From assembly GCF_006345805.1 (NCBI RefSeq), contig NC_043010.1, forward strand, positions 5,766,001 through 5,830,000: 64,000 nucleotides of DNA, read 5' to 3'. The stretch is from Octopus sinensis (Eukaryota). Below the pieces are notes generated by a model, which saw only the letters and a program-made list of their open reading frames with translations, did not search any database and was not told the origin of the DNA. The first letter of the stretch is position 1; each line of letters starts with the position of its first letter. This document shows positions 26,560-39,395 of this stretch, piece by piece. A program made the translations under genes and the position numbers.

Positions 26560-27830
26560 GGCAGTACATGGCCTAGTGATTTGGGTGTTGGACTCATGAT
26601 CGTAAGAATGTGGTTTCATTTGTGTTCTGGAGAAAAACACTTCATTTCATGTTGCTCCAGTCCACTCAGCTGGCCAAAAAATAACTACCAGAAAAACCCG
26701 TGCAATTTGCACACCTGTGTAATTTACAAAGGTGATTTTCAGGATAAAATTTGTTAAAAAAAGCTCATGTAAAATTTGCATCTAAAAGTTTTCAGAATGG
26801 CCAATATAGCCAGGTGAAGAAGATTTTCAATTTAGTTGTGTTTAGCATAATTTCCCTTACTTCTGATTAGATTTTATTAAATTTTCATGAAATAAAAATG
26901 ATTTTTGTTTAACAGGTATCACATTGAAAGCTATTAAACTACAAAGTGTTTGTGTTGCTTATAATAAACTTTATTTTATATTTCTTGTCCACAAGAGATT
27001 ATGTCTGATTTTAGCATATGTCTTCTCTTATCACATCTCCAGGAAAAGTTGTTGATGAGAATTACCAACAAAGATGAAGCTGATAAATACATACAGGTGT
27101 TTCAAATTAAGTTTAATTACCAATAAACATCAGCTTCGATGACACTTTACTCAACTGACAGAGGAAGGTGACCGATCAAACTGATTATGAAAAAGGAATT
27201 CTTTTCTGCCTATTCTTGTTGGAACCTTTGATATGGAATATTGGAATTTTAATCTTTTTCATACTTATAAAATGTCAAGCAAACTTAAAAATTTGTCATT
27301 ACCGTTATTGTCGGTACGGGCAGAACTTATGAATCATGTACTGCAAAGGAGAAATTAAATATGTGCTCCTTTGCAATAGGTAGAAACACCAAGCAATGTA
27401 AAATATGGCCTAGACCGTGTTTGCCACCATGAACGTCAGACTTCAAAAAGTAGTTAACCATTTAATGGTTTTAGTAAATTTATACAGAAAAAGTAAGCAT
27501 TATACTGTCCAGCATAAACATTATATTTATTCATTATATTTAAGCCATTATTTTTTCTGTAAAAACCAATCCTGACATTAAATGAGTCAACTTCTGGTAT
27601 GAATGTTTACATTTTGTACATCTTTTTCATCAAAAAGAAATTTCAAAAAATATTCTGGAAACAATCTACTCATGTAATTTACACACCAAATTTTTGTGAA
27701 AATAGTGCGCAAATTACATGGGTTTTTACGGTAATGCTGAGACATACTGGCATCCTATACAGGTGGGGATTTTATATGCCATGGAAATCAGGAAACTGGC
27801 CCTTATCAGTTGGCATTACTTGTGAAGGTA
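26560..27830 (+). mobile_element. SINE family E (tRNA head, Meta/V-like core), split by a DNA transposon
   Basis: Core aaacacttcatttcatgttgctccagtccactcagctg; the body resumes at 27734. Confidence 0.65.
26688..27731. mobile_element. non-autonomous Tc1/mariner-superfamily (pogo-like) element
   Basis: TA TSDs and ~27-bp TIRs ccagaaaaacccgtgcaatttgcacac / gtgcgcaaattacatgggtttttacgg. Confidence 0.75.
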
Positions 27831-28237
27831 ACTCTTTTACTCTCTTACATGTTTCAGTCATTTGACTGTGGCCATGCTGGAGCACTGTCTTTAGTCGAGC
27901 AAATCAACCCTAAGACTTATTCTTTGTAAGCCTAGTACTTATTCTATTGGTCCCTTTTGCTAAACTGCAAAGTTACGGGGACGTAAACGCACCAGCATCA
28001 GTACTCAAGCGATGTTGGAGAGGACAAACACAGACACACAAACATATATGCATACACATTCATATATATATATATGACAGGCTTCTTTCAGTTTCCGCTT
28101 ACCAAATCCACTCACAGGGCTTTGGTTGGCCCGAGGCTATGTTAGAAGACACTTGCTCAAGGTGCCATGCAGTGGGACTGAACCCAGAACCATGTGGTTC
28201 TTAAGCAAGCTACTTACCATACAGCCACTCCTGCGCC
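27830..28237 (-). mobile_element. SINE family A
   Basis: Consensus match. Confidence 0.88.
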
Positions 28238-28699
28238 TACCTTCTTTTCTTACTAGGTCAGCCACAAGTGAGCAGATTTAGGATCAAAAACATTTCTCTC
28301 CATTACCATTCTGGAGCAATATATATTTAAGCTGGAAAATTAGCCTTTTCAGCAGGTTCAAATGAAGACCAAGCCAACTGCTTTTCTGTCTTTACAGGGT
28401 TTTAAGAATAGGCAAAACTGTCAGAGCATTTGATGGGATACTTTGTGGTATCTGTTTCAGCCCTGTGCATTGTAAGTTCAAATCTTATCCCTTCACTAAA
28501 ACATGGTGATACATCTGTCACAACCTACATATAGTAACAGTAATTTGATAAACTTATATGACGTAGTGTCCTTAATTTGATCAAAAGATCAACGGCCAAC
28601 ACCACCAACAAATCTGAGCAAAGCTCTCTTACTATTCCTTCCAAATCCCAATGAAATGTAAAAGTAATAAAACCCTTCAATTTGATCCTCATCGCACTT

Positions 28700-28920
28700 T
28701 TTTCTTTCTTTTTTTTTCTTTTACTTGTTTCAGTCATTTGACTGCGGCCATGCTGGAGCACCACCTTTAGTCGAGCAAATCGACCCCAGGACTTATTCTT
28801 TTTTGTAAGCCCAGTACTTATTCTATCGGTCTCTTTTTGCTGAACCGCTAAGTGACGGGGATGTAAACACACCAGCATCGGTTGTCAAGCAATGGTAGGG
28901 GGACAAACACAGACACACAA

Positions 28921-28971
<51 letters not shown>

Positions 28972-29107
28972 CGACAGGCTTCTTTCAGTTTCCGTCTACC
29001 AAATCCACTCACAAGGCATTGGTCGGCCTGGGACTATAGCAGAAGACACTTGCCCAAGATGCCATGCAGTGGGACTGAACCTGGAACCACACAGTCACTC
29101 CTGCGCC
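28700..29107 (-). mobile_element. SINE family A
   Basis: Consensus match with a short deletion in the head. Confidence 0.88.
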
Positions 29108-29953
29108 TATTACTTAATAATCCTTTTTGGTGTCCAATATCAGTGAAGCTAGCTAGATAAATGTAGCTGTGAGTCTATATATGTAGTTATTTATTCTTAA
29201 TGTGCTGGTATCATATAAAAAGCATCTGTGCCTGTATTTCAAAGAGCAGTCATGCCAGCACCTTGTAAGAAAGCAACCATGCTGGTATCACATAAAAAAA
29301 GCGTTTGTGGCAGAGCCAGTGCCATGTAAAAAAAAGCGCCCAGTACCTTCTGTAGAGGGGTCGGCATTAGGAAAGGTATCCAGCTGCCATGAAAGAACAT
29401 GTCAAGACAACAGCTAGAGCCTGATGCAGCCCTTTGGCTTGCAAACTCCTGTCGAACAGTCCAATTTATGCCAGCACGGAAAACGGATGTTAAATAATGA
29501 CAGTGATGATGATGGTGGTGGTGGTGGTGGTGGTGGTGGTGGTGGTGTGGTGGTGGTGGTGATGGTGGTGGTGGTGGTGGTGGTGAGGATGATGATGATG
29601 ATGACAATTATATTGACCCCCGCCCCAGTACTTTACTAATACTTTATTTTATTACTCCAAAAGGATGAAAAGTAGAGTTGATGGAATTTGATCTCAGTCT
29701 GTAAAGAATTTTTGAAAAAATACTCCTAAGTATTGTGTCTCATGCACCAATGCTTTTGCCAGTTTTCTGCCTTTGCTACTTATATAATGATAAATGATGA
29801 ACTTTGCAAACCAGATTTTCATTCACAAGTCTCCATTCTTTCTAAGTTAACATGCATGTGGTTTCTTTTACCCAATGGTACAACAATCACTACACATGGA
29901 TATAATTCAAAACATTTATCAACAGACAAGTGAAACTGTACAATATCATTTAA

Positions 29954-30173
29954 CCCCTTCGTTACTGTATTTATTTTGAGATGCTCTCCGTTTCTCTCAA
30001 TTAGTTTAAATATAACAAAGAATTTAGTAAAATAACTTTGTTATCATTAAGCTAGTGTTGGGAATATAAATTGGGATTAAGGTTTGGTGGAATATTTTAA
30101 TTTGGAACTTATGAAAACAAGACATTTGTACTCAGAGCCTGAGCCAGTTTCAACCAGGTTGGTAACGAAAGGG
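29954..30173. mobile_element. piggyBac-type MITE
   Basis: TTAA TSDs; TIR CCCCTTCGTTAC/GTAACGAAAGGG. Confidence 0.9.
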
Positions 30174-30837
30174 TTAACCTGAAATAAACAGTAGCCAAAT
30201 TTTCATCATATTACAGCCTATTGTCTTAAAAATAAGGGGCACATTAGATAAAGATGCTCTAGAATGGGTATGGATGAAATGCCTTTGATCAAATCTGTTC
30301 GATCACGGCTACAAAACCAACTTCACGTAAACAGTAAAGGTATAAAGCAGAGTGGAAGTTGGTATGACATTCCTGAAATTCTCTGTCTCGTATAGAAAGT
30401 GAAAGGAAACTGAACATAAATGTTTGAGATTATACCTAAACTTAACAAAAAAACTCATGGTTGTTTAAGAAGACTTTCAAAAAAGAACCTCAGACATACA
30501 AACATAGGTATGTGTTCATATATACATGTATGTATATGTATATGAATATGTGTATGTGTGTGTGTGTGTGTATAAAACATATATATATGTACAAGCATAC
30601 CTACATATTACATGCATATAGATATATATATTAATATATATACATAGAAGTTCTTGAAAAGTATCCTTGATGCAGTCACAATATTTTTAAAAAATGATTT
30701 TCTCAAAAGCCATTAAGTATTTAGAGACACTCTTAGAAAAACAGAATGGCATAAACCTTTTGAAATGAGTTTTTTGTATTGTACATTAGTGCGTTCGTTG
30801 CTCAATTTTCCAAACACATGTAATACGGAGCAAACCC

Positions 30838-30916
<79 letters not shown>

Positions 30917-30960
30917 CTATATATATAATATTGTGCCTGTATATATGATATGTATACATA

Positions 30961-31360
30961 GGTGAAGGAGTGGATGTGTGGTAAGTAGCTTGCTTACCAA
31001 CCACATGGTTCTGGGTTCAGTCTCACTGTGTGGCACCTTGGGCAAGTGTCTTCAGCTATAGCCTCAGGCTGACCAAAACCTTATGAGAGGATTTGGTAGA
31101 TGGAAACTGAAAGAAGCCCATCGTATACATGTGTGTGTGTGTATGTTTGTGTGTCTATGTTTGTCCCCAGGACCATTGCTTGTCAACTGATGTTGGTGTG
31201 TCTACATCCCCGGAACTTAGCGGTTTGCCAAAAGAGACCAATAGAATAAGTGCTAGGCTTACGAAGAATAAGTTCTAGGGTCGATTTGTTCAACTAAAGG
31301 TGATACTCCAGCATGGCCGCAGTCAGATGACTGAAACAAATAAAAGAGTAAAAAAGAGTA
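30961..31360 (+). mobile_element. SINE family A
   Basis: Consensus match. Confidence 0.88.
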
Positions 31361-31454
31361 TCCATATATAGATATATTGAAAATGCAATGAATAATAAAA
31401 GAATAAAAGAGACAACACAGGAGGAATAAGGTTTAACAAATACTTTATTAGCAT

Positions 31455-31482
31455 AACATTTCGGACATTAGGCCTTCATCAG
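31455..31482 (-). ncRNA. degenerate minimal hammerhead core in a Penelope-like remnant
   Basis: Minus strand reads CUGAUGA-A-GGCCUAAUGUCC-GAAA-UG-UU, followed by AAUAAA; stem I is not preserved. Confidence 0.4.
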
Positions 31483-32156
31483 AAAGAAGTGAAAATCATA
31501 GAGGGTATAAAAAAAAGGAAATGCCTCTGAGAAAAAAAATTTTTTAAACTGATGAGTAATTAGAAGCCGAGTAGGAATGCAGTTTAATGAGGATGAATTA
31601 AGAGGAGGGAGAAATGGATGTGTATGGGAAACTGTGGGAGTATATCAATGTTTAGGGAGTAGAGGTGTAGGTGATTTTTTTAAAGTTTCTGTATGTGTGT
31701 AGAATTATGCAAGTGTAGAAGTATAGTGGTATTGGTTAGTAAGGTTCAGAAATGTTAATGTATGTATGTAGTGTTTAACCATTGTGTATGAGGAAAATTT
31801 GGATATTTGGAGGTGGGAACAAATGAGGGGGTGTGGTAAGAGAAGAGGACAAGAGGAAAGTGGAGGGTGTGATAGATGTTTGTGCATGGAAATGGGTGTG
31901 AGATGCTGTTTCATGGAAGGAAAATATGAACAAAAGAGATGAAAGTGAGAGAAAAAAGGTGTGAGTTCAGGGAAAGGAAAGAAGGCAGAGAAAAATTAAT
32001 TACGATACAACAACAATGGAAGACAAAAGAGGAAAAAGAGAGATGGATAGAAAGTGAGAGAAAAACTACAAGTAATTTAGATATACATAGATGCACACGT
32101 TCTCTCTCTCTCTAGATATATTATATATATACATACATACAATACATATATATATA

Positions 32157-32242
<86 letters not shown>

Positions 32243-32353
32243 GATATATATATATATACATATAGATATATATATATACATATATATGTATGTATATATA
32301 CCACATATATATATATACACACAACTATCTATATACATATATATATATACATA

Positions 32354-32396
<43 letters not shown>

Positions 32397-32905
32397 ACTA
32401 TCTATATACATATACAAGTCATGTACCTATATATAAAAACAAAATTGGATGAAAATGCATAATAAATTTAAAATGTTGTTATCTTTTCTTAAAAAAAACT
32501 TTTTTTTTCCTAAAAAGATTACAACAATTGTTTTAACTTTACTGAACATTTTCATCCATTTTTTTGTTATTTTTGTTTATACACTAAAATTTGTATGGAA
32601 ATATTTAATTACTTTCAGTATGTGTGTGTGTGTATGTTTGTGTGTGTGTGCGTGTGTGTGTGTGTGTGTGTTTGTAAGGCGGTGAGCTGCCAAAACCCTT
32701 AGCGCACCAGACAAAATGCTTAGTGGCATTTTTGCCTGTCTTTACATTCTGGGTTGAAATTGTGCTGATGTTGACTTTTTCCCTTCATCCTTTCAGGGTC
32801 TATGAAATAAGTACTGGTTCAAGCACTGGAGTTGATGTCATTGACTCCCTCCCTCCCTCCCCTTCAAATTTCAACCCTTGTACCTATAGCAAAAAAAGGA
32901 ATGTG

Positions 32906-32942
<37 letters not shown>

Positions 32943-32944
32943 AT

Positions 32945-33163
32945 ACTCTTTACTCTTTTACTTGTTTCAGTCATTTGACTGTGGCCATGCTGGAGCACCG
33001 CCTTTAATCGAGCAACTTGACCCCGGGACTTATTCTTTGTAAGCCCAGTACTTATTCTATCGGACTCTTTTGTCGAACCGCTAAGTGACGGGGACATAAA
33101 CACACCAGCATCGGTTGTCAAGCAATGCTAGGGAGACAAACACAGACACACAAACACACGCAA

Positions 33164-33195
<32 letters not shown>

Positions 33196-33359
33196 ACGAC
33201 GGGCTTCTTTCAGTTTCCATCTACCAATTCCACTCACAAGGCTTTGGTCAGCCCGAGGCTATAGTTGAAGACACTTGCCCAAGGTGCCATGCAGTGGGAC
33301 TGGACCCGGAACCATGTGGTTGGTAAGCAAGCTACTTACCACACAGCCACTCCTGCACC
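32945..33359 (-). mobile_element. SINE family A (a further 3'-half copy follows at ~33385-33600)
   Basis: Consensus match. Confidence 0.88.
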
Positions 33360-33617
33360 TGTGCATGTACATTTATCCTTTTTTTCTTTTTCTTTTACTT
33401 GTTTCAGTCATTTGACTGTGGCCATGCTGGAGTACCACTTTTAGTCAAACAAATCGACCCTAGAACTTATTTTTTGTAAGCCTAGTACTTATTCTATTGG
33501 TCTCTTTTGCCAAACCACTAAGTTATGGGGATATAAACACACCAATATCCGTTGTCAAGTGGTGGTCAGGGGAGACAAGCAATGACACACAAAATACATA
33601 CATATAAATATATATAT

Positions 33618-33660
<43 letters not shown>

Positions 33661-33664
<4 letters not shown>

Positions 33665-33862
33665 TAATCTAAACAAGAAAGCACAAAAAAAACACAACAA
33701 CGCGAGGACATGGAACAAATATAGTATTATTGGACACTCAGGAAAGAAGAAGGAGGGTTTAACATTTCGAGTGGAGCTCTTCGTCGGAAACATAGGAGAA
33801 GGAAAGATCCAGAGAAGGGAAGACAGAGGAAAAAAAATCGCCAACGGTACAGATGCGGTCAT
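33661..33862 (-). mobile_element. Penelope-like pLTR fragment
   Basis: Pyrimidine-rich minus strand, minimal hammerhead motif and T/G-rich 3' end, embedded in microsatellite. Confidence 0.6.
33757..33791 (-). ncRNA. minimal hammerhead ribozyme motif (U4C variant or decayed)
   Basis: Reads GUUU-CCGACGA-A-GAGCUCCACUC-GAAA-UG-UU-AAAC. Confidence 0.55.
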
Positions 33863-34446
33863 GTGTATGTGTGTGTGTGTGTGTGTATGTGTGTGTGTGT
33901 GTGTGTGGTGTGTGAGTTAGAGGTTGAGAAACGTCCCCATCATCACCACCATCACCTCCGCCACAACAACAACCACTACTACCACCTTCATCATCCTCAT
34001 TATCATCATAGATATTATCATCAACAGTTTCTGTCCTCCATATTTCCATGATATGATTAAGAATGTTATGGCTGTTCAGACTTGCAATAAAACTCTCATT
34101 TATTTCCACAACTTATTTCAAGCAAGAGTAAAGTGACCTTGAAAACTTCAACTAATTAGAAGGTTAATAAAGAGCAGTTTCACACAACATTGATGCTATG
34201 TATAGTAAGTCAGATATTGACTGCAAATAGCAAATATAATGGATAATTGATTTCATATACTTTATAATTGGACATTATCTTGTCTATTTTTAATATTACC
34301 TCTTTGCATTTTTAAATATACTATGACGATATCTTGTCTGCATATAAGGATAATTCTTTGTCACCTTTATATGTATGTGAATGTGTGAATATATGTGTGT
34401 GTATATATATGTATATATGTATATATATATATATACATACATACAA

Positions 34447-34506
<60 letters not shown>

Positions 34507-34512
34507 GCATCA

Positions 34513-34544
<32 letters not shown>

Positions 34545-34567
34545 ATACATACAAATATACATATATA

Positions 34568-34598
<31 letters not shown>

Positions 34599-34609
34599 CA
34601 TGCAATCAG

Positions 34610-34641
<32 letters not shown>

Positions 34642-35745
34642 GAAAAGATATATATTTATATGCATACTGTTTTATACATATATATAAATATATATACATA
34701 TGTATGCATATGAGTGAGAGTGTGTATGTGTGTATATATGTATATGTATAGGTATATAGGTACGTTCACACATACACATATGTATATGCAAATACAAACA
34801 TATATACATTGTGTGCATGTATGTGTGTGTGTGTGTGTATGTTTCTAGATGCAGCTGTGGTTTTGTGGTTGATAAACTTACTTCTCAACTATGTGGTCTT
34901 GATTTTCAGTTCCACTGCAAGGTACCTTACACAAATGGGCCAACAAATGCCTTGTGATTGAATTTGTTAGGTAGAAATTGAAAGAAGCCCTGTTATGTGT
35001 GTCTGTGTATAGAGAAAGAGTGAGAGAGAGAGAAAGAGAGAGTGAGAGAGAGAGAAATGGATAGATGGATGTGTGTGTATACAAACCCTTGTCTAGGTAT
35101 CATGTGATGGTTATAAAAGGGCATCACCATCATTACAAGTAATGTTGTTCATATCCGCTTTTCTGAGAGAAACATGTCTGGCAAGAAGAAATATTGCTTT
35201 GCTTGGAAACGGGTGCATGTTGGTAATAGGTGAAGAATCCAGATGTAAAAAAGCTGTTTCAGGATATTCTGTTTCACCCATGCAATCCATGGAAAAGTAG
35301 ATGGCTAAAGTGGTGATGATGATGATGATGATGATACACAAATACATACACACATACGTACCAGATGTGCACACTCATGCATTCATGCAGAAGATATTGC
35401 CACACACACTCACACATGCACACACACACCCACATTGGAATCTGGTGTCGCTTAAGAGCCTCACAAATATTAACTAGTCATTGAGGTGCCTCTAACATCA
35501 TGTCCAGCCATGCAGTCCATGAAATGCAGAATTGGCACTTCTACTTGGTGAATTTGTTGCCACCGATTTTTTTCAATACCAATGTCAACAACAATCATGT
35601 GACCTGCCTTGACTAATAGCAGCCCAATCTCCAGTAGCCATCTTGAACTTCCTCCATCTCTTCATTCAGTCACCTAAACTTGAGGAGCTAGGTTCGTATA
35701 ACAAACCTACAAAACTTTAAATTGTATGGAGCTGAATCTGACTGT

Positions 35746-36138
35746 TACTCTTTTACTCTTTTACTTGCTTCAGTCATTTGACTGTGGCCATGCTGGAGCA
35801 TCGCCTTTAGTCGATCAAATCGACTCCAGGACTTATTCTTTGTAAGCCTAGTACTTATTCAATTGGTCTCTTTTGCCGAACCGCTAATTTATGGGGACAT
35901 AAACACACCAGCATCGGTTATCAAGTGATGTTGAGGGGACAAACACAGACACACAAACACACACATACACACACACATATATATATATATACATATATAC
36001 GACCAAATCCACTCACAAGGCTTTGGTCGGCCCGAAGCTATAGTAGAAGACACTTGCCCAAGGTGCCACACAGTGGGACTGAACCCAGAACCATGTGGTG
36101 GGTAAGCAAGCTACTTACCACACAGCCACTCCTGCGCC
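35746..36138 (-). mobile_element. SINE family A
   Basis: Consensus match. Confidence 0.88.
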
Positions 36139-37075
36139 TGTTATTCAATACTAATATATGTACTCTTGGTAATTGTGTTGTATGCCTGATTGCTTCTTAC
36201 TTTTGTCTGTTTACTTACTTACACGCATACACAAACACACACACACAAACACACACACATACACATACACAGAATCACACACATACACATAATTACATAA
36301 ACTTATAAATATAGTAGCCATAAATGTAATTTAGTCAGCCAAATTTTTTTTTTTAATATTTTTCTTTTAGTAAGATGTAATCAATATATTAGCTGAAGAA
36401 ACAGACAGCACATCTCACTGTGAAAGTGAAAATATCCACGTAAGTTTTTGGCAACAAACAGGAAAATTCTCTTATGAAAACTGTCTATCGAACACATGGT
36501 AAATCAAAATCACTGATAAAACAGTATGCAAACAGGACAGAACAGTTCCTCTTCCTAAATTTAGAGTTTATAAAACTGCACTAAAATAGCCATCATAAAC
36601 TATCAAAAACGATGATTTATTATTACAAAGTCTCTTTATGGATTTTTAATGAAATTATTGGAAAAAGATAGGTTGATGTCTAACTTAGGTGAAGCAAAAT
36701 GTTTTATCAAATAATGAAATGGTGAAGCTTGAAATAGAACATGTAGCATCTATTTCTTTTTTTCTCATTTCTTTTTTTTTTTTGCACTATCAGGCTGCAG
36801 AAATAAAATAATAATAAAAAAATAATAATAAATGAATAATTTATCTGACATTGTGTAAAGAGCAAAATATTTTATCTATTTGTTTTTGAAGAAAAATATT
36901 TTTTTTTCTGCCCATCATCAATCGTATTCTTTATCTCTTGAAGTTCTAAAACAATATGTATGTGTTCACACTTGTGTGTGTGTGTGCGTGTGTATGTGTG
37001 TGTGTGCATGTGTGTGTGTATGTGTGTGTGTGTTCCTATCAATAATTATATATGCATATGCTTATATATATATAT

Positions 37076-37120
<45 letters not shown>

Positions 37121-37155
37121 ATATATTATATATATATATAGATATATATATATAT

Positions 37156-37203
<48 letters not shown>

Positions 37204-37208
<5 letters not shown>

Positions 37209-37375
37209 GTCTGTTCAATAAGTCTCCAGACTGTTGCCAGAGTAACAAAGCTAAAGCATGCAGAGTAAAGCCACTTGGCAAAGATTGACCTTGAACTCTG
37301 CTGTGCATGGGCACTAAGTTTTAACATTCTAGCTCACTTCAACTGTTTACAGCAGTGCTTGGAAGGAACATGTGC
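37204..37375 (+). mobile_element. mariner-type left-end remnant
   Basis: TA|tgaggtctgttcaataagtctccagact resembles a mariner TIR. Confidence 0.5.
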
Positions 37376-38524
37376 CATGATGGGAAACCATTGGGCTGAT
37401 GGATTTCCAAGATCATCATAGATCCTCCTCCATGTTTAACAGTTGGAAGAAGGCAGTGTAGGTCAAATGCTTCTATTGGCTGTCTCCACACGTATATTTG
37501 GCTGGTGGTAAGAAATAGGGTGAAGGATGGCTCATCCAAGAAAGTAACATTCTTCCACTGATCTAGAGACTAATTCTATAGGTTTTTACTCCACTTTGAA
37601 AGTAGATATTTTCTGATTGCAGTCCTCCTGTGAAATCTGGCTTTGTGCCGCACCTGGTGAACAGTTTTTTGGGAAACTGGGTTCTCAAGGTGGTCATTAA
37701 GCTCTGTAGTAATTTTGGGAGCTGTACTTTTGTGATCCTTTCTTACAATTCACATAAGAGTCTGACAGTCCCTATCTGAAAGTTTTGGTTTACTTCTGGA
37801 GTTTTGTTTCAATGAGGAGGTTTTTCCCTCTTTCTCAAAGGTTATCATTACTTTCAAGACAGTGCTTCTTGATACACCATACATTTCAGCTGTTTTCATT
37901 ACGCTAGCACCTGCCACTTGAGCACCAACAATTTGACCCCTTTGAAAGTCCAATAGATCTGTCATTTTAATGTATTTTAATTGCCTTTTTCTGATGATAT
38001 CTGAAAAGAAACAGCAATATTAGCAAAACATATTAAGCAACACTAATAATAAATTAAAAACATAACCATCCGAACGTGGCCATTGCCAGCGCTGCCCCGA
38101 CTGGCCTCGTGCCGGTGGCACGTAAAAAGCACCATTCGTTTGTGGCCGTTGCCAGCGCCGCCCCAACTGGCCTTGTGCCGGTGGCACATAAAAAGCACCA
38201 TCCGATCGTGGCTGTTTGCCAGACTCATCTGGCACCTGTGCCGGTGGCATGTAAAAAGCACCCACTACACTCGTGGAGTGGTTGGCGTTAGGAAGGGCAT
38301 CCAGCCGTAGAAACATTGCCAGATCAAACTGGGCCTGGTGCAGCCTTCTGGCTTCCCAGACCCCAGTTGAACCGTCCAACCCATGCTAGCATGGAAAGCG
38401 GACACTAAACGATGATGATGATGATGATGATATTAATAAACAAGCTTTTGATGGTTTTCTAGATATTTCAAAATTATGATGCTATGATGCTTGGTGTTTC
38501 TATTATTATTTTGTCCAACTCCTG
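37376..38524 (-). pseudogene. decayed Tc1-family transposon (transposase starts at 37965, 3'-truncated)
   Basis: MTDLLDFQRGQIVGA...GVSRSTV...QWKNVTFLDEPSF...PTVKHGGGSMM; TIR CAGGAGTTGGACAAAATAAT with TA at 38525-38526. Confidence 0.9.
38067..38430 (+). mobile_element. RTE 3' UTR fragment (family C) with three ~65-bp tandem units, inserted in the Tc1 element
   Basis: Repeated gccag..ctggc and gtgccggtggcaygtaaaaagcacc; (GAT)n tail. Confidence 0.85.
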
Positions 38525-38587
38525 TACATATACACATGTGACAGGCTTTCAGTTGCCATCAACTAAAGATGCTCACAAAGCTATGAT

Positions 38588-38986
38588 CAACCCAGTTTTT
38601 TTCTAGCAGTGTCATATGAAACTGTCACCCATAATTATGACCCTAGCATCGATCTATTGCATTTCAATGTTTTAGGGTTAGGGGTGGGGAGAAGGGTATA
38701 TTTTTTTCTTCAGAAATGTAAATAAACCCAATCTGTTTCTTAAACGAGGGACATATTCATACGGCACAGAATGTTTTCACCTCAATAGACGTCATTGATT
38801 GGTTGAAATTGCAGAAATTGAAGAAAAAAAAAAACAACAAATATCTTACAAACTATAGAATTTACTCAATAAAGCCAAGAGAAAACGATGTTTTATAAAC
38901 ACATTTCTACCAGTATACGAAATTTAAAAGTGTTTAGTTACGCGGAAATTATTTTTAAAAAACTGCCGTTCAAACCGAAAAGATCC
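38588..38986. mobile_element. one end of a non-autonomous DNA transposon (TIR ...ctgccgttcaaaccgaaaagatcc)
   Basis: Homologous to 43530-43735 and 41521-41574. Confidence 0.65.
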
Positions 38987-39395
38987 ATTTTGTCTCCCCT
39001 TCCCCTCACTCACTGACTCGTACTTCTGAGAAGACCCGGATAACAGACACTCCCTCTCTGTCAGTTTGTCCTTCCTTCTCTCTCTCTCGACAAATTTATT
39101 GTGGCATGTCATGGTTTGAGAAGACCGCATGACACCCCTTCTTTGTCTGTTTGTTAGTGTAGAATTGTTGCTAACTTGGTTCCACTTTTTGACCCGTAAA
39201 ATTTCTGACCGGAACAAAAGCAGTCCCATAATTCTTGAGTTAACCAGCTGAAATGTTGGCGGTAAGTTTGAATTTTGTTATCCAAAACATCTGTTTGCAC
39301 TATTATATTTTTGGAAAACAAAAATATAATCTATATTTTATTTCGTTTTGGGATTTGGTTTGCAAGATTCTTTATATGAGTTCGTGTGTTGAAGC

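Noticed and set aside
36690-36794. Strong minus-strand acceptor tattttatttctgcag
   Set aside because: All three frames hit stops and there is no good donor; at best a UTR exon, and unsupported.
38067-38265. CRISPR-like appearance (constant palindromic repeats with variable inserts; also 45290-45484 and 45650-46030)
   Set aside because: The context is eukaryotic with no cas genes. The spacers are homologous to each other, and the units lie in a LINE 3' UTR or a minisatellite.
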